DNA from: a virus
Reading direction: 5' to 3' (one strand)
DNA length: 27,453 bases
UHGV virus genome: UHGV-1341913
Shown here: in pieces, positions 14,901-23,610 of the stretch
Layout of the letters: each line of letters opens with the position of its first letter
Position numbering within the stretch: position 1 is the stretch's first letter
Notes under the pieces: generated by a model
The model's database searches: none
The model's input: the letters and a program-made list of their open reading frames with translations, nothing else
What the model was told of the DNA's origin: nothing
Position numbers and translations under genes: made by a program

Positions 14901-16673
14901 TTAATTAACTCCAGTCGCGCCAAATACACCAGGAGCAGTTGTGCTCGTTACGGGTGTCATATTATGAACGACAGTATTTTTCTTAATAACATTATTAGTA
15001 TTATTGATCGAAGGAGATGCTTGTTGAACAGGAGCCTGTTGTGCTTTGTTCTTTTCTATTACCTGGACTTGTTTTGCTTCTGGCGATTTAGCAGAAGTTT
15101 CAGGTTTGGCATTAGGCTGATTTTTCTTGAGCTCTTGATAAGTAGCATCAATTTTAGAAAATCTAGCAGCAAGTTCTTTTTTAACTGCCGGTGAATTATT
15201 TAAATCCGGGTCATCCATCCGTTTTTTAAGGTCTTCATAGGCAGCTTCAACTGATTTAACCGTTGAGTCTTTACTCATATCAGCCGAATCAGCGTATTTT
15301 TCAAAACGAATCATCGCGGCACGGGCTTCATTAGCCTTCATTAAAGCATTTTTTCTTTCTTCTGGTGAAAGTTGCTTTAATTTTTCTTCTTCTGCTGCGC
15401 GTTCTTCATCAGTTGTCAATGCTTCTTTATTATCAACACCACGAATCCAGTTAGATGCACGGGTTTTCCAGTTCGCAATTTTGTCTAGTCCTTCTGCTAT
15501 CGGACCAAGGTCTCCATTCATTCGTTTATCTTGATAATTCGCAACTTTTTCCTGGTCTTCTTTATTGAGAGATGCTCCAGTAGAATTTTGGAAATTTTCC
15601 AGTGCTCTTCCTTCTACTTCGTCAGCAGTATCTTTCATACCAGGAATAACTCGAAGAATTGCTGCTGATAATTTAGCCATTCCAAGCTGAATAAGTTCTC
15701 CTAAATTATAAAGAACCTTTCCAAGCCCTTCTACAATAGCTACCGTCAAACCGCCCCAATCTCCCGCTTCCCAGAACTTTTTAATTTCATCAATAGATTC
15801 AAAGATGCTCTGTAATAAAGGACCCCAAGTTCCGGTTTCGCTTGAGAAAGTTTTAAAATCAGTGCTAAATAAATCCCAGGCTTTTGAAAATTTATCTGAC
15901 CAGTATTTAAAATGAACCATCAGCAGGTCTATTCCAATAACAACAGCCATTATCAATGCAACCATTTTAGCAGCTTCAATAGCAGCACTGACGGTGTACT
16001 TAAATAGCATGCTTGATATTTTATCAGTAATTGAAATGGATTTTTTAAATCCAAAATCAACAGTCTTCGTTAATTTATCTAAAGCTTGAGATAATTTTAA
16101 GTTAAATGCTTCTTTTTTCTGTTTTTCTTCTGGCGATTCTTGTTTGGGTTCAACTGGCTGAGGGGTAGGGAAAAAATCAGCGTCAGGATCATTATTAACT
16201 GCTTCAGGAGCTGGTAATAATGGACCAACAAATTCAGCTGTATCATCCTCAACAACTTTAACGGGAATAGCACTTTCGACTACAGCTAAGCTGGTTCCTG
16301 TCTGTTGAATTCCAGCTGTTTGAATTTTTTGTTCTAGTAAACTCGTTAATTTATCTAATTTACTTCCGAGTGATTCACCGATTTCTTTATTAATATTGTT
16401 GCCAATTTCTACAGTTTCAGCAATTAACTCAGAACCAGCAGTAGTATCACTCACTGCGCTTTCTACATTGTCAATTGCTCCAATTATTTCATTCGATTTT
16501 TCTTCAACGGTTTGAGCTATTAATTCAGAAGCAGCTTGAGCATCATCCAATTTTGTAGAAATGTCATTAAGCCCAGATAAAGTGTTAGAAGCGGATTTAG
16601 CCGCTTCCTGAACTGGTTTATTATCTGAAATAACTTTTCTACGCATCGTCTGCATTTCTTGTGGCTTTTTCAT
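14901..16673 (-). CDS. 29: baseplate hub subunit / tail length determinator (tape measure)
   Basis: 590-aa ORF, same length as T4 gp29, with a long predicted helical Ala/Glu/Lys-rich region typical of tape-measure proteins. Confidence 0.85.
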   Translation of the reverse strand: MKKPQEMQTMRRKVISDNKPVQEAAKSASNTLSGLNDISTKLDDAQAASELIAQTVEEKSNEIIGAIDNVESAVSDTTAGSELIAETVEIGNNINKEIGESLGSKLDKLTSLLEQKIQTAGIQQTGTSLAVVESAIPVKVVEDDTAEFVGPLLPAPEAVNNDPDADFFPTPQPVEPKQESPEEKQKKEAFNLKLSQALDKLTKTVDFGFKKSISITDKISSMLFKYTVSAAIEAAKMVALIMAVVIGIDLLMVHFKYWSDKFSKAWDLFSTDFKTFSSETGTWGPLLQSIFESIDEIKKFWEAGDWGGLTVAIVEGLGKVLYNLGELIQLGMAKLSAAILRVIPGMKDTADEVEGRALENFQNSTGASLNKEDQEKVANYQDKRMNGDLGPIAEGLDKIANWKTRASNWIRGVDNKEALTTDEERAAEEEKLKQLSPEERKNALMKANEARAAMIRFEKYADSADMSKDSTVKSVEAAYEDLKKRMDDPDLNNSPAVKKELAARFSKIDATYQELKKNQPNAKPETSAKSPEAKQVQVIEKNKAQQAPVQQASPSINNTNNVIKKNTVVHNMTPVTSTTAPGVFGATGVN

Positions 16674-17203
16674 TCAAATAATCCAATAATATTGCCAATT
16701 CCAGTTATTGGACCATTAGGGCCAGGAATTGCTAAAGTTGTAGAAATATCATTTGCCCATTTTAATACAAATGCTGGCATCTCAAGAAAATTAATTTCTT
16801 TAACTTCATCATTGACCTTAAGCAAGCATTTAGATAACATATCGCTTACTGTCAAAAATTGCTCAAATTTTCCAGGAGGTCTAAAATAAAATGTATTTCC
16901 TTGGTATTGAAATTCTAATCTTTGGCATACATAAACGTCATTTATGTCATAAGTATAACCATCTATTTCTTTACGAGATTTAATCTTTCCATTAAATTCC
17001 AATAAATGAATGGAAACGAAATCAACTTCTGCTGGTGATAAATTCGGACAAATAGAATCGATCAAAAGTTTTAAATTTTCATCAGGACCTTTAACATCTT
17101 TTAAAATGTTATAATGTTTAAGACCCATTTTAGGAATAGAAACTTCTTTATTGCTTATTGGAAGAACTATTTTCTTCAGTGGTAGTATCAGATTTAAATT
17201 CAT
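16670..17203 (-). CDS. 28: baseplate distal hub subunit
   Basis: 177-aa ORF. Stop overlaps the gp29 start (ATGA), and its 5' end overlaps the 3' end of gene 27 by about 56 nt. An internal ATG at 17128 would remove that overlap. Confidence 0.75.
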   Translation of the reverse strand: MNLNLILPLKKIVLPISNKEVSIPKMGLKHYNILKDVKGPDENLKLLIDSICPNLSPAEVDFVSIHLLEFNGKIKSRKEIDGYTYDINDVYVCQRLEFQYQGNTFYFRPPGKFEQFLTVSDMLSKCLLKVNDEVKEINFLEMPAFVLKWANDISTTLAIPGPNGPITGIGNIIGLFE

Positions 17204-18323
17204 TTTTAACCTTAACTGGGTCTATTGTTTCCAGTTTCGTTGCATTAGTGAACATATATAAATGAGTTACTGAATTATTATTGGATAATTCGTGGATAAC
17301 TTCATCAACGTAAAATTCTGTTTTAAATTGGTTTTTACTATCATTAAAAATAATTTTAACGCCAGGAGTCAAGTTAAAATTACCGACAGTAGAACATTTA
17401 GCATAGCCATCGTATTGTGCCATAGTTTGAAGACGAATAGCTTCTTCATACCCATTCCTATAAGTCATTTCAGAATAAGCACCTGATCTGGACACTACAA
17501 TAGAGTTTTCACCCTTTCCTGTAGTAATCATTGGCAATGAAGAATCCAAAAACGAATGCGCATAGATAGTAGCATTTTTCATTGGGTCGCGTTTGTGAGG
17601 ATTCGATTTAGTCAACCAAACGAAATCATATGCTAATGGATATTTTAATTCTTGGATGAATTGACCTATTAAAGATGGCTCACCAACAATCATTGGATAT
17701 GGTTCTTGATTTATCATCATATCATAGTCCATCATGTTAACTCCCATGATGTCTTGCCATACAAATACAAATTTGTCACTTCCTACAGCTAGAGCAACTT
17801 CTCTGACATACGACAAATAGTTTTCAAATGTGCTAGTCCATGGAATATCAGGAACATAAGCATTTATAGCATTTATTGCTGGAATTAATAACGTGCGATC
17901 CTGATAAATGACACCAAGCATTTCCTTTATAGATTCACCCGCATCAGAGAAAAACGGTCTGCCAAATTTAAGATTTTCTATAGAATGAATAGTTCCCAAT
18001 TCAATAGCAATGATGTTATCACCCTTTGAATCTACTGACACGGAAAAATGCTTACATCCATAAATTCGTGTTTTAACATTATTAATATCGTTTGCATTAG
18101 CTACAGAAATCTGAATTATTTCATTTCCATCCATTTTTGTATGGATATTTTTAGAATCATAAAACTGCAGCATTCCTTCATTTCGACCATAAAGAGAATC
18201 CCGCATAGTTAATGTGGTAATAGTAGCAGCTAATTCAACAAATCTATTATTACTCCAAGCGTCATAACTCTCAAATAATTTAACGCTGAGATTTGGATAT
18301 CCGGGGCGTTGCAACATACTCAT
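17148..18323 (-). CDS. 27: baseplate hub subunit (central hub, part of the gp5-gp27 complex)
   Basis: 391-aa ORF. Length and position match T4 gp27. Confidence 0.85.
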   Translation of the reverse strand: MSMLQRPGYPNLSVKLFESYDAWSNNRFVELAATITTLTMRDSLYGRNEGMLQFYDSKNIHTKMDGNEIIQISVANANDINNVKTRIYGCKHFSVSVDSKGDNIIAIELGTIHSIENLKFGRPFFSDAGESIKEMLGVIYQDRTLLIPAINAINAYVPDIPWTSTFENYLSYVREVALAVGSDKFVFVWQDIMGVNMMDYDMMINQEPYPMIVGEPSLIGQFIQELKYPLAYDFVWLTKSNPHKRDPMKNATIYAHSFLDSSLPMITTGKGENSIVVSRSGAYSEMTYRNGYEEAIRLQTMAQYDGYAKCSTVGNFNLTPGVKIIFNDSKNQFKTEFYVDEVIHELSNNNSVTHLYMFTNATKLETIDPVKVKNEFKSDTTTEENSSSNKQ

Positions 18324-19072
18324 TGTTGTTTATCCTTCTCAATCAGTTTTAATACGAATCCGCGCTCAGCAGGAATCATTTTCATTATTGAATTTAAGCT
18401 ATAATTACATTTTACGAGCGTGTGATTGATTTGATAAAAAGTAAATATTTCATCTGGGTTAACTAATAGCTTAAACACATCTACTATATCAGTGTATTTT
18501 TTTACATACTTATTACAACACGACATATGCAGTGTTAAATTAATAGGATTCATTGCATCGAGAATTTTTTCTAATGTTTCTATCTCGATGGCATCAACAA
18601 GTTCTATTTGACTCGATTCGCTAATTTCCTTCCAATCATACCACATTTCATCTACTTGAACGGAATGAATATTTTCAGTAATCATCTTTGCTTTATTTTC
18701 ATAAAACTCAGAAGGAAACTTTAATTTAATTTTAACATTAGCTACATCAAAAACAGGTTCCTTTAATTCTTTTTGATATATTTCAAATGGAACTGTCTTT
18801 TCTTTTTTGCATTTTGGACATACAAATGTGACCGGTACTTTAGTTTTACCTATTGACCCTACAAATACCTGCAAAAATATAAATGGTTGCCAAGTCTTCG
18901 GATAGTCTCCAAAATAATCAGCAATTAAATCAGCAATTATTTCTTTTTGTTCTTGTGGTGACCGATGTTCTATATCGTTTCGAACTAACAAAAAATCTCG
19001 ATAATCTTCTACCGTAAATGGTTTAAAACGATGAACACCATCTGGTAATTTACAACGAATAATGTTTGCCAT
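18320..19072 (-). CDS. 51: baseplate hub assembly catalyst
   Basis: 250-aa ORF. Position matches T4 gp51. Contains a CPKCKK cysteine pair. Confidence 0.8.
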   Translation of the reverse strand: MANIIRCKLPDGVHRFKPFTVEDYRDFLLVRNDIEHRSPQEQKEIIADLIADYFGDYPKTWQPFIFLQVFVGSIGKTKVPVTFVCPKCKKEKTVPFEIYQKELKEPVFDVANVKIKLKFPSEFYENKAKMITENIHSVQVDEMWYDWKEISESSQIELVDAIEIETLEKILDAMNPINLTLHMSCCNKYVKKYTDIVDVFKLLVNPDEIFTFYQINHTLVKCNYSLNSIMKMIPAERGFVLKLIEKDKQQ

Positions 19073-19089
19073 AGATGCTCCTTTTATTC

Positions 19090-19097
19090 TATTTATA
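19090..19097 (-). promoter_or_regulatory. T4 late promoter TATAAATA (minus strand, gene 51 operon)
   Basis: Plus-strand TATTTATA is the reverse complement of TATAAATA, about 18 nt upstream of the gene 51 ATG. Confidence 0.6.
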
Positions 19098-19101
19098 AAT
19101 A
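19094..19101 (+). promoter_or_regulatory. T4 late promoter TATAAATA (plus strand, genes 26-25)
   Basis: Exact TATAAATA 22 nt upstream of the gene 26 ATG. It overlaps the divergent minus-strand late promoter. Confidence 0.6.
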
Positions 19102-19122
19102 TGATAAATAAAGGAGCTAAAT

Positions 19123-19749
19123 ATGTATGAATACAAATTTGATGTGAGAGTTGGTTCTAAAATAATCAACTGTCGCGCATTTACTCTTAAAGAATATCTA
19201 GAACTTATTACTGCTAAAAAGAACGGTTCAGTAGAAGAGATCGTTAAAAAGCTAATCAAAGAATGCACAAATGCAAAAGATTTAAACCGCCAAGAATCAG
19301 AACTACTGCTGATTCATTTATGGGCACATTCTCTTGGAGAAGTTAATCACGAAAACTCCTGGAAGTGCACCTGTGGAACTGAAATACCAACCCATATAAA
19401 TCTATTACATACACAAATAGATGCACCAGAAGACCTCTGGTATACACTGGGTGACATTAAAATTAAGTTCCATTACCCTAAAATTTTTGATGATAAAAAT
19501 ATAGCCCACATGATAGTATCATGCATAGAAACGATTCATGCTAACGGTGAAAGCATTCCAATTGAAGACTTAAATGAAAAAGAGTTGGAAGATTTATATT
19601 CTATCATCACAGAGTCAGATATTGTAGCTATAAAAGATATGCTTTTAAAGCCTACTGTTTATTTGGCTGTTCCAATTAAGTGTCCAGAGTGTGGAAAAAC
19701 TCACGCTCATGTAATAAGAGGACTCAAAGAATTCTTTGAGCTATTGTAA
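19123..19749 (+). CDS. 26: baseplate hub subunit
   Basis: 208-aa ORF with RBS aaaggag. Position and length match T4 gp26. Confidence 0.8.
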   Translation: MYEYKFDVRVGSKIINCRAFTLKEYLELITAKKNGSVEEIVKKLIKECTNAKDLNRQESELLLIHLWAHSLGEVNHENSWKCTCGTEIPTHINLLHTQIDAPEDLWYTLGDIKIKFHYPKIFDDKNIAHMIVSCIETIHANGESIPIEDLNEKELEDLYSIITESDIVAIKDMLLKPTVYLAVPIKCPECGKTHAHVIRGLKEFFELL

Positions 19750-20147
19750 TGGCAAATATTAATAAGCTTTATTCTGACATTGACCCAGAAATGAAAATGG
19801 ATTGGGATAAAGATGTTTCTAGATCCCTTGGATTAAGGTCAATTAAAAATAGCCTTTTAGGAATTATTACAACCAGGAAAGGGTCAAGGCCATTTGACCC
19901 AGAATTTGGATGCGATTTATCTGATCAGCTTTTTGAGAATATGACTCCTCTTACTGCTGATACTGTTGAGCGTAACATTGAAAGCGCAGTAAGAAACTAC
20001 GAGCCACGTATTGATAAATTAGCAGTTAATGTAATACCGGTTTATGATGATTATACTCTGATAGTAGAAATACGCTTTTCAGTCATCGATAACCCTGATG
20101 ATATTGAGCAGATAAAACTACAACTGGCTTCCAGTAACAGAGTATAA
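19749..20147 (+). CDS. 25: baseplate wedge subunit (gpW/gp25 family)
   Basis: 132-aa ORF with TAATG overlap to gene 26. Length matches T4 gp25. Confidence 0.85.
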   Translation: MANINKLYSDIDPEMKMDWDKDVSRSLGLRSIKNSLLGIITTRKGSRPFDPEFGCDLSDQLFENMTPLTADTVERNIESAVRNYEPRIDKLAVNVIPVYDDYTLIVEIRFSVIDNPDDIEQIKLQLASSNRV

Positions 20148-20173
20148 TGCTTCACGTATAAACGTGGTATAAT
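20148..20173 (+). promoter_or_regulatory. T4 middle promoter (MotA box plus -10), corresponding to the uvsY promoter / oriF region
   Basis: MotA-box-like ataaTGCTTca (TGCTT at 20148..20152) centred near -30 relative to TATAAT at 20168..20173, upstream of uvsY. Confidence 0.55.
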
Positions 20174-20213
20174 GAATCTAAGTCCATCCAATAACAATTG
20201 AATAGAGAACAAT

Positions 20214-20627
20214 ATGAAATTAGAAGATCTTCAAGAAGAATTGAAGAAAGATGTGTTTATAGATTCGACTAAATTACAGTATGAAGCAGCTAATAATGTG
20301 ATGTTATATAGTAAATGGCTCAATAAGCATTCAAGTATTAAAAAGGAAATGCTTAGAATTGAAGCACAGAAAAAAGTTGCTCTTAAAGCTAAATTAGACT
20401 ACTACTCGGGACGAGGAGATGGTGATGAATTTAGTATGGACCGTTATGAGAAATCAGAAATGAAGACAGTTCTATCAGCTGATAAGGATGTTTTAAAAGT
20501 TGATACTTCATTGCAGTATTGGGGAATTTTATTGGATTTCTGTAGCGGAGCTCTTGATGCTATTAAATCACGCGGATTTGCTATTAAGCATATTCAAGAC
20601 ATGCGAGCATTTGAGGCTGGAAAATAA
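20214..20627 (+). CDS. uvsY: recombination mediator protein UvsY
   Basis: 137-aa ORF. Position and length match T4 UvsY. Confidence 0.85.
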   Translation: MKLEDLQEELKKDVFIDSTKLQYEAANNVMLYSKWLNKHSSIKKEMLRIEAQKKVALKAKLDYYSGRGDGDEFSMDRYEKSEMKTVLSADKDVLKVDTSLQYWGILLDFCSGALDAIKSRGFAIKHIQDMRAFEAGK

Positions 20628-20851
20628 TGAGATATAGCATTGATGATGCTTTTAATTATGAAGAAGAATTCGAAACGGAAATTCAATTCTTAATGAAAAA
20701 GTATAATCTTAAGCGTCAGGATATTCGTATCCTGGCCGACCACCCATGCGGTGAAGATGTACTTTATGTTAAAGGAAAATTTGCCGGATATCTTGATGAA
20801 TATTTTTATTCTAAAGATATGGGCATTGATATGCATATGAGAGTTATATAA
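20627..20851 (+). CDS. hypothetical protein (uvsY.-1 position)
   Basis: 74-aa ORF with start overlapping the uvsY stop. Confidence 0.55.
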   Translation: MRYSIDDAFNYEEEFETEIQFLMKKYNLKRQDIRILADHPCGEDVLYVKGKFAGYLDEYFYSKDMGIDMHMRVI

Positions 20852-20854
20852 ATA
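20847..20854 (+). promoter_or_regulatory. T4 late promoter TATAAATA
   Basis: Exact TATAAATA overlapping the stop of the upstream ORF, 25 nt before the ATG of the 55-codon ORF. Confidence 0.45.
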
Positions 20855-20879
20855 GATATATAATTTAGAGGAGACAATC

Positions 20880-21047
20880 ATGTCAGATAAGATTTGCGTT
20901 GTCTGTAAAACTCCAATCGATTCTGCATTGGTTGTTGAAACAGACAAAGGTCCTGTACATCCTGGGCCTTGTTATAATTACATTAAAGAACTACCAGTTT
21001 CAGAAAGTTCGGAAGAACAATTAAATGAAACACAACTTTTGCTATAG
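20880..21047 (+). CDS. small cysteine-containing hypothetical protein (uvsY.-2 position)
   Basis: 55-codon ORF absent from the supplied ORF track (below its length cut-off), with strong RBS agaggaga. Contains CVVC plus a downstream Cys (HPGPC). Confidence 0.5.
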   Translation: MSDKICVVCKTPIDSALVVETDKGPVHPGPCYNYIKELPVSESSEEQLNETQLLL

Positions 21048-21070
21048 TGTGACCTTTAGTCTATAGTTTT

Positions 21071-21099
21071 GGCCCTTCCTTTTTGGTTGGGCCTTTTTT
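21071..21099 (+). terminator. possible terminator between convergent genes
   Basis: GGCCC ... GGGCC stem with a long 13-nt loop, followed by TTTTTT. The weak stem makes this tentative. Confidence 0.35.
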
Positions 21100-21102
21100 A
21101 AT

Positions 21103-21333
21103 TTAAAAGCTTTCTTCTACTTCATCGTCTGAATCTTCTAATTCAGCTCTTTTTCCTGCCAAAGCATCTCTGACTGAGATGTCATCAGTATCTTTTAATT
21201 CAGTTTCTTTAACTCTTTTCTTATAATAAGCTTCAAGTTCTTCTAGACCTTCTATTGTTTGACAAGAGGCAATTTTACCCATAAATTCATCAATAGAAGC
21301 TTCATAAAGAAATTGTTTAAATTCTAGTAACAT
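21103..21333 (-). CDS. UvsW.1 (small protein encoded immediately downstream of uvsW)
   Basis: ORF track extends to 21345 using a TTG codon. The first ATG is at 21333 with GGAG 8 nt upstream, giving a 76-aa acidic protein (MLLEFKQFLYEASIDEF...). Confidence 0.65.
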   Translation of the reverse strand: MLLEFKQFLYEASIDEFMGKIASCQTIEGLEELEAYYKKRVKETELKDTDDISVRDALAGKRAELEDSDDEVEESF

Positions 21334-21344
21334 CTTTTTCTCCA

Positions 21345-21360
21345 AAGGGCCGAAGCCCTT
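21345..21360 (-). other. UUCG-tetraloop hairpin at the uvsW / uvsW.1 junction
   Basis: Minus-strand AAGGGC-TTCG-GCCCTT overlaps the uvsW stop codon and sits just upstream of the uvsW.1 RBS. Confidence 0.5.
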
Positions 21361-22870
21361 ATAAATTAACTGTTTTCATTACGTAATTAAATTTTTCATC
21401 TGCGTAGCGCTGAATACGATCAATGCCGTGTTTTAAAAGATAGTTCAAATGAACGTATTTCTTTTTCGTATTAGCAGATTTTGGCTTAACACCGCAATCA
21501 TCTATGAGGTCCCAGACTGTTGCGATTGTTTTAGAACCATGTTTACGTAATACGCGACCTATTGTTTGCAATACAATAATTTTAGATTTAACACCGTGTG
21601 CTAAAACAACGTGATGCAGATTTTTAACTGAAATACCAGTAGAAAATACACCATAACTAGCTACTATAATTATTCCTTTACCGTTTTCAGCTAAGGTTTT
21701 CATTACATTGCGGGTTTCGGTATCAACTTCCCCTGATACGTAATAAACTTTATCGTATTCATTTTTAATTAAATCGAAAATAGCTTTACCGTGCGATACG
21801 TGTTTAAACATTACAAAAGCATTTTCATCTTTTTGCGCAAGCTTAATAGCTAATTTAGCGATCCATTTATTTCTTTTACTGAGCCCAGTAATAATTTTTA
21901 TTTCTTCTTGGTAAGTTTTTCCCTTTAATTTAGTAGTGAACTCATCGGGATAGCGAAGAAAAATACTATTAATTTTTAACTCAGTTACTTGTCCATCTTC
22001 CATTAATTTAGAGGTCGTTACTGGCTTAAATATTTCACCGAACATTCCAACATACTGCATGATATTAGCTTTGCCATCGCGCAATGAACCAGACAAACCA
22101 AATTTAAACATACAGTTATTTAAACCTGATATGATAGATGAAATACTTTTTCCTGTAGCAAGATGACATTCATCATTCATCATCATTCCAAACTGTGAGA
22201 ACCATTCTTTTGGTTGTTTTACTACAGTTTGCCATGTACCAACAACGACTGGTGCATCATTTTTATATTTATCATCTTTTGATGCTCCACCGCCGATTTT
22301 CTTTATCATTGCATGACTGAATAAACGATAGTCAACAAAGTCATCAGCCATCTGAGTTGTCAGAGCAGTTGTTGGAACAATGATAAGAATTTTGCCTTCA
22401 TAATTTTCCAAATAATACCGAGCAAGCAAAGCTTGAATTAAAGATTTACCTGCGGATGTTGGAAGATTAAGAATTCTACGACGATTAACTAATCCTTCGA
22501 ACACTGCATCTTTTTGATACCAATGCGGTTCAATTCTTTTATTTCCTGAATAGATTTCTAATTTAGAAAGCCATTCATCAAAATCTTTTCTTGATAATTC
22601 TTCTTTTTCGTTAATTTGCGGGTCAATCCAGACTTTATAGCCAAAGTTATCACAGAACTTTTTAATTTGCCCGACTAAACCGAATGGAAGAAGGCGATTA
22701 TAATCTAAAAGACGAATTCGTCCATCCCAGTGACCATATTTGTACTTCGGATTAAAACGATACCCATCAGCTTCAAAGCTAAAGAAATCACGGAGTTCAT
22801 GAAATGTACTTTCTTCACAATCAATTCTCACGTGACTAAAATCATAAAAATGTACTTTAATGTCAGTCAT
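21359..22870 (-). CDS. uvsW: UvsW RNA-DNA and DNA-DNA helicase (SF2)
   Basis: 503-aa ORF with Walker A-like LPTSAGKS and a DExH-like box MMMNDECH. Position and length match T4 UvsW. Confidence 0.9.
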   Translation of the reverse strand: MTDIKVHFYDFSHVRIDCEESTFHELRDFFSFEADGYRFNPKYKYGHWDGRIRLLDYNRLLPFGLVGQIKKFCDNFGYKVWIDPQINEKEELSRKDFDEWLSKLEIYSGNKRIEPHWYQKDAVFEGLVNRRRILNLPTSAGKSLIQALLARYYLENYEGKILIIVPTTALTTQMADDFVDYRLFSHAMIKKIGGGASKDDKYKNDAPVVVGTWQTVVKQPKEWFSQFGMMMNDECHLATGKSISSIISGLNNCMFKFGLSGSLRDGKANIMQYVGMFGEIFKPVTTSKLMEDGQVTELKINSIFLRYPDEFTTKLKGKTYQEEIKIITGLSKRNKWIAKLAIKLAQKDENAFVMFKHVSHGKAIFDLIKNEYDKVYYVSGEVDTETRNVMKTLAENGKGIIIVASYGVFSTGISVKNLHHVVLAHGVKSKIIVLQTIGRVLRKHGSKTIATVWDLIDDCGVKPKSANTKKKYVHLNYLLKHGIDRIQRYADEKFNYVMKTVNL

Positions 22871-22899
22871 GTCTAAATACCATGTAATAAATATATCTA

Positions 22900-22907
22900 T
22901 ATTTATA
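22900..22907 (-). promoter_or_regulatory. T4 late promoter TATAAATA (minus strand, uvsW)
   Basis: Plus-strand TATTTATA is the reverse complement of TATAAATA, 30 nt upstream of the uvsW ATG. Confidence 0.55.
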
Positions 22908-22920
22908 CTGAGGAAATATT

Positions 22921-23601
22921 ATGATAGATAAAGATTATATTGCAGAGCTGAAGGCTCTTGATGATAATAAAGAAGCTAAAGCTAAATTAGCTGAATATGC
23001 TGAACAGTTTGGTATAAAGGTCAAAAAGAATAAATCTTTTGATAATATCGTTAATGATATTGAAGAAGCCCTCCAGAAGCTCGCTAGTGAACCTATGCCA
23101 GAGACTGATGGGTTATCTATTAAAGACTTAATTGATGCTGCTGATGCTGCAGACGGATTAAAATATGACGATGAAGAAGTCAATCCAGAGGCAGCACTTC
23201 TGATTGATTCTCCGGTTAAATCTGACATTAAAATTGAAGTAGTAGAAACGGATAAAATTCCTGAAAATACCGATGTTTTGATTGAAGATACTCCTTTTGT
23301 TGAAGAAAAATTCGAACAGGCTGTAGCTGAGATTATTGAATCTGAAAAGCCGTCTGTATTTACTCTTCCGGAAAACTTTAGCCCAAATCTTCAGCTGATT
23401 GGAAAAAATCCAGGATTCTGCACTGTTCCTTGGTGGATTTACCAATGGATTGCTGAAACTCCAGATTGGAAATCTCGCCCAACCAGTTTTGAACATGCGT
23501 CTGCGCATCAAACTTTATTTAGCTTAATTTACTACATTAATCGTGACGGATCAGTTCTAATTCGTGAAACACGCAATTCTTCTTTCGTAACATTAAAATA
23601 A
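22921..23601 (+). CDS. inh: Inh, inhibitor of prohead protease gp21 (capsid-associated)
   Basis: 226-aa ORF directly upstream of hoc, as in T4. Acidic, low-complexity middle region. Confidence 0.75.
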   Translation: MIDKDYIAELKALDDNKEAKAKLAEYAEQFGIKVKKNKSFDNIVNDIEEALQKLASEPMPETDGLSIKDLIDAADAADGLKYDDEEVNPEAALLIDSPVKSDIKIEVVETDKIPENTDVLIEDTPFVEEKFEQAVAEIIESEKPSVFTLPENFSPNLQLIGKNPGFCTVPWWIYQWIAETPDWKSRPTSFEHASAHQTLFSLIYYINRDGSVLIRETRNSSFVTLK

Positions 23602-23610
23602 GGATAACTT

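Noticed and set aside
21334-21345. TTG start at 21345 for uvsW.1, as implied by the ORF track
   Set aside because: The TTG lies within the hairpin stem and has no RBS. The ATG at 21333 has GGAG at the correct spacing.
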